From the NCBI GenBank assembly GCA_963792575.1, contig CAWBWZ010000021.1, forward strand, positions 194,778 through 258,777: a stretch of DNA of 64,000 bases, given 5' to 3'. The stretch's first letter is position 1. The number at the start of each line of letters is the position of its first letter. Positions 56,401 to 64,000 of the stretch are shown piece by piece. The translations under genes and the position numbers were made by a program. The notes beneath the pieces are model-generated. The model saw only the letters and a program-made list of their open reading frames with translations, was not told where the DNA came from and did no database searches. This stretch comes from an uncultured Acidobacteriota bacterium (GTDB lineage: Bacteria; Acidobacteriota; Thermoanaerobaculia; Multivoradales; UBA5704).

Positions 56401-56787
56401 GCTCAGGACAAGGAGCGGGAGCGCGACGGCGCGGCCAAGGGGGGCGACGACGCGGGGAAGGCGTTGCGGCAGTCGGCGCGGGATCTTCAGAAGAAGCTCT
56501 CGGCGGTCGAGCGGCGTCTCTACGTGTCGCCGGACGTCAAGGGGCTGGTCGAGGACGAGACCACCGCCCTCAGCAAGGTCGAGAACGCGCGGCGCGTCAT
56601 CGGCTCCTCCTGGGAGACGCCGAGCGCCACGGCGAACGCCTACCTCGACGAGACCGACCGCGCCGTGCGGGAGGTCCTGGCCGACTTCAACAAGCTCTAC
56701 GCCGAGGACGTCCCCGCCTTCCAGCGCAAGCTGGCCGACGCCAAGATCGGCCTGCTGAGCGATCAGGGGCCGATCGAGATCAAATAG
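53411..56787 (+). CDS. Secreted BNR/sortilin (VPS10)-type beta-propeller repeat protein (heavily frameshifted as assembled)
   Basis: Signal peptide MRRSLIFVALAALTLHASTARA. Repeated BNR/Asp-box-like segments: SVNGGLTW, SLDGGQTW, TVDGGKTW, TYDGGETW, SDDGGTSF, SHDRGETW, STDRGASW, TRDGGKTW, SFDGGGRW. At least 8 frame switches. Ends ...DQGPIEIK. Confidence 0.7.
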
Positions 56788-56788
56788 A

Positions 56789-57801
56789 TCAGATCCTGAT
56801 CACGATCTTCCCGAAGTGGTCCCCCGCCGCCATGTGCGCGAAGGCGGCGGGGGCCTCTTCCAGCGGGAAGACGCGGTCGACGACCGGGCGCAGGCGGTGC
56901 AGGCGCGATCGCCCGGTTCATCGCCTCGAAGCTCTCGCGGTCGCCGACCAGGATGCCCTGGACGCGGATCCTCTGCATGAAGACATGGGTGAGGAGCAGC
57001 TCGGACCTGGTCCCCGCGAGGACGCCGATCAGGCTGATCGTGCCGCCGAAGCGGACCGCCAGGAGCGACTGCTGGAGGGTGCCCGCGCCGCCGACCTCGA
57101 CGACGTGGTCGACCCCCACGCCGCCGGTCAGCTCCTTGGCCCGGACGCCCCAGGCGGGCACCTCGCGGTAGTTGATCGTCTCGTCGGCCCCCAGCTCGCG
57201 CGCCCGGGCGAGCTTCTCGTCGCTGCTGGAGGTGGCGATGACGCGGGCGCCGAGGAGCTTGGCGAGCTGCAGGGCGAAGATCGAGACGCCCGCCGGTGCC
57301 CTGGACCAGCACCGATGTCCCCGGCGGTGAGTCCGCCCTCGGTGACCAGGGCGCTCCAGGCGGTCACCGCGGCGCAGGGGAGGGTCGCCGCCTCCTCGTC
57401 CGTCAGGTGGTCCGGAGTCCGCACCAACCCCTCCTGATCGAAGACGGCCAGCTCGGCGAGCGTGCCGTCGAGCGGCCCGCCGAGCGTCGAGCGCAGCCGC
57501 TCGCGGGTTGGGCGGCCGGCGATCCAGCTCTGGGCGAAGATGGTGCAGACCCGGTCCCCCGGCCTGCACGCGGGTCACCCCGTCGCCGACCGCCGCCACC
57601 TCGCCGGCGCCGTCCGAGCAGGGGATCAGCGGGAGCTTCTGCTTCGGGTTGTACTTCCCCTCGGCGGTCAGCAGGTCGCGGTAGTTGAGCGAGGCGGCGC
57701 GCAGGCGCACGAGCACCTGCCCCGGACCGGGGAGCGGGTCGGGGCGCTCGACGAGGGCGAGGTTCTCGAGGCCGAAGGCGCCGCGGATCTCGACCGCCCA
57801 T
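56789..57801 (-). CDS. Zinc-type alcohol dehydrogenase / NADPH:quinone oxidoreductase family protein (frameshifted as assembled)
   Basis: VLVRLRAASLNYRDLL, PLIPCSDGAGEVAAVG, VLVQGTGGVSIFALQLAKLLGARVI (GxGxxG), ...GDHFGKIVIRI-stop. Several frame switches. An extra G appears right after the ATG. Confidence 0.7.
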
Positions 57802-58239
57802 GGCGCGCTTCAGCGCCTCGCAGCGCCTGGCGCATCTTGTCGACCAGCTCGCGGGCGGCCGAGTCGTCGAGCTTGCGGGCGTGCCAGCCGATTCCGAGCC
57901 CCTCGTTGCCGAGCTTGGGGATGATGTGGAAGTGCACGTGCATCACCACCTGGTGCGCCGCGGAGCCGTTGTTCTGGAGGACGTTGTAGTCGGTGGCGCC
58001 GGTCGCCCGCAGCACCGCGCGGCAGAGCCGCGGCAGGGCGCGGCCGACGGCGGCGGCCGATTCGTCCGAGAGCTGGTGCGAGCTGGGCCTTGCGCTCCTT
58101 GGGGATGACCAGGGTGTGGCCGTGCCGAGAGCGGGCCGATGTCGAGGAAGGCGAAGACGTGGTCGTCCTCGTACACCTTGTAGCTGGGGATCTCGCCCGC
58201 GAGGATCTTGTCGAAGATGGTGGGCTGGTGGTCGCTCAT
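57800..58239 (-). CDS. HIT-family (histidine triad) protein (frameshifted; 3' end uncertain)
   Basis: MSDHQPTIFDKILAGEIPSYKVYEDDHVFAFLDI, and in another frame NNGSAAHQVVMHVHFHIIP (HxHxHxx triad). Confidence 0.7.
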
Positions 58240-58343
58240 GGCGGCTATTGTATGGAGAAACGCCGGGGAGAAACTTCTGGCGGATGCCCGCGTATGGAAA
58301 CGATCGGCAGGAGATCGTGCTCAAACTGGCTCCCCGGCGCTCC

Positions 58344-58513
58344 GACGCCCGGGCCTGAAGACCCGGGCTACTCCGGAGACGAAAAGCCGGCTGAAGCCGG
58401 CTCAAAAAGCGGCCGGAGGGATCTCAAGCCTCCTTCAGGAGGCTTTTCGTTTGAAGCGTAGCCCGGGTCTTCAGGCCCGGGCGTCGAAGGCGCTGGGAGC
58501 CAAATTGGGCCAC
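58344..58513. repeat. About 170-bp palindromic MITE/REP-like element (family 2), copy 2
   Basis: Same orientation as 31234-31402. The palindrome extends further here (GGCTCCCCGGCGC at 58329 pairs with GCGCTGGGAGCC). Confidence 0.8.
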
Positions 58514-58530
58514 TATCCGGCAGGAGGACA

Positions 58531-59262
58531 ATGTCCATGGATGAGCGCACCCCCGGCTGGGACGAGCACGACAGCCACGACTTCATCGATCTCGGCCGCT
58601 TCTTCGTGCCCGACCGCGAGGAGCAGGTCGCGGCCGTCCTCGACATGATCCCGGACCCCGGGGACGGCCTGCTGGTGGACCTCTGCTGTGGCGAAGGGCT
58701 GCTCTCGCGGGCCCTGCTCGAGCGCTTTCCGCGCGCCCGGGTACTTGCCATGGACCTCTCGCCCGCCATGCTGGAGCACGCGCGCATCGCCCTCGCGGCC
58801 CATGGCGAACGCTTCACGGCGCGGCGGTTCGATCTCGCGGACCGCTCCTGGCGGAGCTTCCCCGAGCCGGTCCGCGCCTTCGTCAGCTCGCTCGCCGTCC
58901 ACCACCTCGACGGTGCGGGCAAACGCGAGCTCTTTCTCGACCTCGCCGCCGCTCTCGCCCCAGGGGGCGCCGTGGTGATCGCCGACCTCGTCAAGCCGGC
59001 GACCCCGGCATCCCACCAGCTCGCCGCGCAGGCGTGGGACGGCGCCGTGCGCCGCCGCTCGCTCGAGCTGGCCGGACATCTCGGCCCTTACGAGAAGTTC
59101 CGCGACGAGCGCTGGAACCTCTACGCCGATCCCGAGCCGGACCCGATCGATCAGCCGTCGCCCCTCCTCGACCAGCTCCGCTGGCTCGAGGCGGCCGGCC
59201 TCACCGGCGTCGACGTCTACTGGCTGAAGGCCGGCCATGCCGTATTCGGCGGCGTCCGCTAG
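58531..59262 (+). CDS. Class I SAM-dependent methyltransferase
   Basis: Motif [14 protein letters not shown], post-[12 protein letters not shown], and [10 protein letters not shown]. Intact 243-aa ORF. Confidence 0.75.
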   Translation: MSMDERTPGWDEHDSHDFIDLGRFFVPDREEQVAAVLDMIPDPGDGLLVDLCCGEGLLSRALLERFPRARVLAMDLSPAMLEHARIALAAHGERFTARRFDLADRSWRSFPEPVRAFVSSLAVHHLDGAGKRELFLDLAAALAPGGAVVIADLVKPATPASHQLAAQAWDGAVRRRSLELAGHLGPYEKFRDERWNLYADPEPDPIDQPSPLLDQLRWLEAAGLTGVDVYWLKAGHAVFGGVR

Positions 59263-59581
59263 CCTGGCACGTCGATTTGGCCGCCGGGGCTTGACCGCTT
59301 TTTCATACCCCCCGTTGAAAAAAGATCTCGCAAGGGTGGCCCCACAAGGCCGGCCCCGCGGGAACAGCACCTCATGTCGCGTCTTTCCGCGACTCCCCGC
59401 GAAGTTGGTTCCGGAATTGCATTGAAGACCGGCGTGAGAGGAACCGTTTTAGCCCCCGGAGGCTTTCGCCCCGCGTCCCACAGCGGCCGGCTCAGTGCCG
59501 GCTGGCGGCGCGCGTCCCGCCTGTCCGGGCGGATCACAGAGCTGACCGCCTCGGGTTCCTCGCGAGAGGGCTCAGATCCTC

Positions 59582-59609
59582 TTGACAGGGGGGATAAGTC
59601 CGCTATTGT
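59582..59609 (+). promoter_or_regulatory. Candidate sigma70-type promoter about 360 nt upstream of kamA
   Basis: Consensus TTGACA (59582-59587), 16-nt spacer, TATTGT (59604-59609). Pattern match only. Confidence 0.35.
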
Positions 59610-59972
59610 TAAAAGCGTGGAAACGAACGTGCCTCCCGACCAACCTCCGAGTACTGTGGACAGCCCGTCCAGAGTCATTCGGCTCGGGCTGTCGGCCACT
59701 GGCATCGCCTTCCATGTTTCCGTCGTCGCTTCAGCCTTTCCTGTAACAACCTCACCAGCGCGGCTTTCCGCAGCCAGTCCCGGCTGTGGTGTCACCCCTT
59801 CCGGGTTGACGTACTAACCGATCATGATCACGGAGCCCCCTGGGGCTTTCCCACCGGATGATCGATCCGGGTGGGTTGTCGGCATAAACCGCCGAGCCTT
59901 CCCGTTTCGATGTTTCACCACTTCACCCCTAACCCGCGGTATCAACCCCGTGTTCAGCGGAGGAGCCTAGAG

Positions 59973-61149
59973 ATGAAGCAGGCGGCGTTCGCCTCGGTTG
60001 CGGTCGAGAGCTCCCGGCGCGAGGAGATCTGCGCGATCTTCGACGAGCCCTATGATCCCGATCACTGGAACGATTGGCGCTGGCAGATGCGCCATCGTCT
60101 CACCCGTCTCGATCAGTTCGAGCGCCTGCTCGATCTGACCGAGGCGGAACGGCGAGGGCTTCTGCTGGCGAGCGAGAAGTTTTCCGTCGCGGTCACCCCG
60201 CACTTCGCGGCGCTGATCGATCCCGACGATCCCTCCTGCCCGATCCGCCTCCAGGTGGTGCCGCAGGAGAGCGAGCTGGTGGTGAGCCGCGGAGACATGA
60301 CCGATCCCTGCGGCGAGGACGGCGCCAGCGTCGTCGAGGGGCTCGTGCACCGCTATCCCGACCGCGTGCTCTTCCTCGCGCTCGACACCTGCGCCGCCTA
60401 CTGCCGCTACTGCACGCGCAGCCGCCTGGTGAGCCAGGGCGAGCTCGATCCGATCGGCCGGCGGCTGGAGGCGGCGATCGCCTACCTGCGAGGAGCACAC
60501 CGAGGTGCGCGACGTCCTGCTCTCGGGCGGCGATCCCTGCTGATGGCCGACTGCCGTGCTCGACAAGCTGCTCGGCCGGCTGCGCGCCATTCCGCACCTC
60601 GAGTTCCTGCGCATCGGCACCCGCATCCCGAGCTTCCTGCCGCAGCGGATCACGCCGGAGCTGGTGCGCCGTGCTGCGCAAGCACCGCGTCTGGCTCTCC
60701 GCTCCACTTCTGCCATGCCCGCGAGCTGACGCCCGAGGTGGCCGAGGCCTGCGACCTGCTCGCCGACGGCGGCATCCCGCTCGGCTGCCAGACGGTGCTG
60801 CTCAAGGGGGTCAACGACTCGGCCGAGACGCTGCGCGACCTCTTCCACGGCCTGCTGAAGATCCGCGTGCGGCCCTACTACCTCTATCAGTGCGACCCGG
60901 TGCTCGGCACCGGGCACCTGCGCACCTCGGTCGAGAAGGGCCTCGAGATCATGTCCCAGCTCCGCGGCTTCACCACCGGCTACGCGGTGCCGACCTACGT
61001 CATCGACGCGCCCGGCGGCGGCGGCAAGGTGCCGGTGCAGAACGGAGACGATCGTCGGCCACCAGGACGGGGTCTGGAGCATCCGCAACTGGGAGGGGAA
61101 GACCTACACCTACGTCGACCCCGGCCGAGCACTCGGTATCGGTAGATGA
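59973..61149 (+). CDS. kamA: KamA-family radical SAM enzyme (lysine 2,3-aminomutase type) (frameshifted as assembled)
   Basis: [46 protein letters not shown] (CxxxCxxC cluster), [48 protein letters not shown]. At least 5 frame switches. Confidence 0.8.
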
Positions 61150-61152
61150 CCG

Positions 61153-62140
61153 ATGCGGCCGCTGCGGATCGCGCTCTGCTACGACCTCAAGGCGGACTAC
61201 CTCGCCGCGGGCTTCGCGCCCGCGGACGTCATGGAGTTCGACGAAGAGGAGACCGTCGCCTTGCTCGAAGCGGGCCTCGCCGCCAGCTCGGCCATCAGTC
61301 CGGAGCGGGTGGGGCGCGGGGATCGAGCTGGCCCGCCGCCTTGCCGCGGGCGAGCGGTGGGACCTCGTGTTCAATGTCGCCGAGGGGGTGCGCGGCCGCT
61401 CGCGGGAGGCGCAGGTGCCGGCGCTCTGCGAGATGTTCGATCAGCCGTACACCTTCTCCGATCCGCTGACCTGCGCCGTCACCCTCGACAAGTCGCTCGC
61501 CAAGCGGGTGGTGCGCGATCACGGCCTGCCCACGGCGCCCTTCGCCGTCGTGGAACGGCCGGAGGACGCGGCGTTCGTGGACCTCCCCCTGCCGCTCTTC
61601 GTCAAGCCGGTGGCGGAAGGGAGCAGCAAGGGGGTGACGCGGCTCTCCCGGGTCGAGACCCGGGAGGAGCTGATCGCCGCCTGCGCCGAGCTGATCGAAA
61701 CCTTTCGTCAGCCGGTGCTGGTGGAGAGCTTCCTTCCCGGCCGGGAGATGACGGTGGGTATCGTCGGCAACAACGGGGATGGCCCGGGTTCTCGGAGTCC
61801 TGGAGGTCTCCTTCCGCGCCGGCGCCGACACCGCTTACACGGCGCTGAACAAGCGCGAGTACGAGACCTGGATCGATTATCGACTGCTCGACGGCGAGCC
61901 GCTCGCGCAACGGGCGCGCGAGCTCGCCCTCGCCTCCTTCCATGCTCTCGGCTGCCGGGACCTCGCCCGTGTCGATCTCCGCTGCGACGCCGCCGGCGAG
62001 CCGTGCTTCCTGGAGGTCAACCCGCTCCCCGGCCTGCATCCGACCTACTCGGACCTGCCGATCCTGGCGGGCCGGTCCGGAATCCCCTATGCCGAGCTCC
62101 TCGGCCAGGTGATCGAAACCAGCGCGCGGCGTTGGGGACT
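61153..62140 (+). CDS. ATP-grasp ligase, D-alanine--D-alanine-ligase-like, copy 1 (frameshifted; 3' end approximate)
   Basis: LRIALCYDLK, DKSLAKRVVRDHGLPTAPF, LFVKPVAEGSSKGV, VLVESFLPGREMTVGIVG, ARVDLRCDAAGEPCFLEVNPLPGL. Frame switches near 61310 and 61785. Confidence 0.7.
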
Positions 62141-63140
62141 TTGGAATCTCGAGTTGTCATCGCCCACAATCCGGTCAGCGATCAAACCGATCCCTCGGCG
62201 ACCGACGTGCTGGCGCAGGTGAAGCTGGTGGCGGCGGGGCTGGAGGCCCTCGGCCTCCCTTACGAGATCGTTCCGATGCCCGACTGGCAGCCCTGGCTCC
62301 GCCTGCATACGGGCCCCGGGCTGACGGTCTTCAATCTGATGGAATCGCCGGCCGGCCGGCCCGAGGCTCTCCTCGGCGCCGCGGCCGCCCTGGAGCTGCT
62401 GGGGCTCCCCTTCACCGGCTCCCCCTCGGGCGTGCTCTGGGTGACCACGGACAAGCTGGCGACCCGGGCGGTCCTCGCCGCCGAGGGTCTGCCGGTGGCG
62501 CCCGGCGGCCGTCTCGATCCGGACCGCCCGGACCTGCTCGACCGCGTTCCCGGGCCGTGGATTCTCAAGCCCGCCTGCGAGGACGCCTCCCTCGGCCTGG
62601 AAGGCGATCCGGTCTGCTCCACTCCCGAGGCGGCGGTGATCCGGGCGCGCGAGCTGGCGGCGCGCTTTCCCGGCCAGGCGGTGGTCGCCGAGACCTTCCT
62701 CCCCGGCCGCGAGCTGAACGTCTCCCTGCTCGCCGGCGAACGGCTGCGTCGAGGTGCTGCCGGTCGCCGAGATCGTCTACGAGGGCTTCCCCGCCGGCAT
62801 GAGCCGGGTCCTGGGCTACGAGGCGAAGTGGCACGAGGACTCGTTCGCCTACATCCACACGGTCCGCCGTTTTCCGGAAGACCCCGCGGACGCGCCGCTG
62901 CTCGAGCGCGCCGCGGAGCTCGCCCGCGCCGCCTGGCGGATCTTCGGATTGCGCGGCTACGCGCGGGTCGACCTCCGGCTCGACGCCAATGGCGAGCCCT
63001 GCATCCTGGAGGTCAACGCCAATCCCTGCCTCGCCGCCGACGGCGGATTCATGGCGGCGGCGGAAAAGGCGGGGCTGTCGCCGCGGCAGGTGGTGGAGCG
63101 GATCCTGCTCGATGCCGTCATCCCCAGGAAGGCCTCCTGA
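62141..63140 (+). CDS. ATP-grasp ligase, D-alanine--D-alanine-ligase-like, copy 2 (frameshifted; start approximate)
   Basis: DKLATRAVLAAEGLPVAPG, WILKPACEDASLGL, AVVAETFLPGRELNVSLL, ARVDLRLDANGEPCILEVNANPCL. Frame switch near 62745. The stop overlaps the GNAT start. Confidence 0.7.
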
Positions 63141-63619
63141 TGAGCCTCTCCGTTCGCCGCAATCTCACCCCGGCCGACCGCGAGCCGCTGGAGGCGCTGA
63201 TCCGCGCCACCGCCTTTTTCAACTCCGAGGAGATCGAGGTCGCCCTGGAGCTGGTGGACGACCGGCTGGCGAACGGCGAGGGGAGCCACTACCGCTTTCT
63301 CGTCGGTGAGATGGACGGCCGGGTGGCGGGCTACGCCTGCTGGGGGCCGATCCCCGGCACGGTCGCCTCCGCCGATCTCTACTGGATCGTGGTCCACCCC
63401 GACTTCCAGGGCCAGAGGGTTGGCACCGACCTTCTCCGCGCCGCCGAGGAGTGGATGGCCGCCGCCGGCCGCACCCGCGTCTACGTCGAGACCTCCACCC
63501 GCCCGCAATACCTCCCCACCCGCGCCTTCTACGCCGCCTGCGGCTACAAGCTCGTCTCCGAGCTGGCGGACTTCTACGCGCCGGGGGATGGCAAGGCGAC
63601 GTTTCTGAAGGTCGTGTAG
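63140..63619 (+). CDS. GNAT N-acetyltransferase
   Basis: YWIVVHPDFQGQRVGTDLLRAAEEWM (acetyl-CoA binding Q/R-x-x-G-x-G/A) and AFYAACGYK. TGATG overlap with the upstream gene. Confidence 0.75.
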   Translation: MSLSVRRNLTPADREPLEALIRATAFFNSEEIEVALELVDDRLANGEGSHYRFLVGEMDGRVAGYACWGPIPGTVASADLYWIVVHPDFQGQRVGTDLLRAAEEWMAAAGRTRVYVETSTRPQYLPTRAFYAACGYKLVSELADFYAPGDGKATFLKVV

Positions 63620-63655
63620 CTCAGCCGCTTTATCTGATTCCACAAGATCATTTCC

Positions 63656-63671
63656 CAGCCCCGCAGGGGCG
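63656..63671. repeat. REP hairpin CAGCCCCGCAGGGGCG next to the RAYT-like gene
   Basis: Identical 16-mer to 39681-39696. It lies 25 nt from the 3' end of the IS200/RAYT-like gene. Confidence 0.55.
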
Positions 63672-63695
63672 CGGCGCGCCAGATGGATGATCTGT

Positions 63696-64000
63696 CTACT
63701 CTTCAGAGTTCTCGAAATCGTCCGGATCGTAGTCGAGACCATGTCGCCTGAGGAGTCCCATGAATTCCTCGTGGAAGGACATTTTTCGGTGGTGCGCTTC
63801 CTGGTTCAGGATGTATTTCCGGACCTCCGGAATCTGGGACTCGCTAACGGAGAACGCACCATAGCCCTTCTGCCAGCGAAAGCCTCCTGCGGTAGTGTCC
63901 GGACGCTCGTTCATCCATTTCGAGGAATTCGTTTTGATCAGTTCCAGCATCTTGGCGGCCGAGGTGCTTGTTCCCCACCCCGCCAAGAGGTGGATGTGGT
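63696..64000 (-). CDS. IS200/IS605-type Y1 (HUH) transposase or REP-associated tyrosine transposase, C-terminal part (5' end outside window)
   Basis: HIHLL (HUH motif) at the window edge, then FRWQKGYGAFSVSESQIPEVRKYILNQEAHHRKMSFHEEF, the typical C-terminal Tyr region of Y1 transposases/RAYTs. Confidence 0.75.
   Translation of the reverse strand, partial: HIHLLAGWGTSTSAAKMLELIKTNSSKWMNERPDTTAGGFRWQKGYGAFSVSESQIPEVRKYILNQEAHHRKMSFHEEFMGLLRRHGLDYDPDDFENSEE

Noticed and set aside
59259-59817. ORFs 59259..59795 (-) and 59374..59817 (+) in the methyltransferase-kamA gap.
   Set aside because: They are mutually antisense, have no RBS and no recognisable domain. The region is treated as a leader or regulatory region.
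60074-63619. Single 1181-aa ORF spanning kamA to the GNAT.
   Set aside because: This one frame happens to stay open across four genes. Only segments of it (parts of both ATP-grasp genes and the GNAT) carry real motifs, and the rest is out-of-frame translation.

Overview
This is a 64-kb window from a high-GC bacterial chromosome (about 70% G+C by eye, not computed). I saw no rRNA, tRNA or CRISPR, and I cannot assign a taxon from the sequence alone. Core genes: the thiI 3' end, two tandem PAS-GGDEF-EAL genes, pckA, an M20 amidohydrolase, a Rossmann-fold gene, DUF1801, an alpha/beta hydrolase, a Tat-exported vanadium-haloperoxidase-like enzyme, a BNR/sortilin-type protein, a quinone oxidoreductase, HIT, a SAM methyltransferase, and a kamA / 2x ATP-grasp / GNAT cluster. 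Many of the highest-GC core genes can only be followed by switching reading frame repeatedly. This is probably residual assembly indels, so their coordinates are gene spans, not clean ORFs. Accessory DNA falls into five parts. (i) A roughly 22-kb lower-GC integrative mobilizable element (about 5.7-28.0 kb) has an integrase, an AlpA-like gene and MobC plus a relaxase. It carries a two-gene TIR module, a four-gene overlapping regulatory operon, two paralogous HTH-TPR proteins with a small secreted-peptide ORF, and a 1541-aa nuclease-NACHT-HEAT STAND protein. (ii) A 2.5-kb islet (33.2-35.8 kb) carrying vapBC is bounded by a duplicated gene 3' end. (iii) An IS66-family element with an 8-bp target duplication splits a Uma2 gene. 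(iv) A low-GC islet (40-45 kb) contains a DUF4365 + membrane/TPR cassette bounded by 18-bp direct repeats. (v) A 600-bp nested AGCT-core repeat array sits next to a family of small Cys-rich secreted peptides. Several REP/MITE-like palindromic repeat families occur, and an IS200/RAYT-like gene lies at the right edge. The strongest candidates for undescribed systems are the STAND protein with its HTH-TPR/peptide neighbours, the TIR pair, the DUF4365 cassette and the Cys-peptide locus. All domain calls rest on motif recognition by eye and need HMM or structure confirmation.
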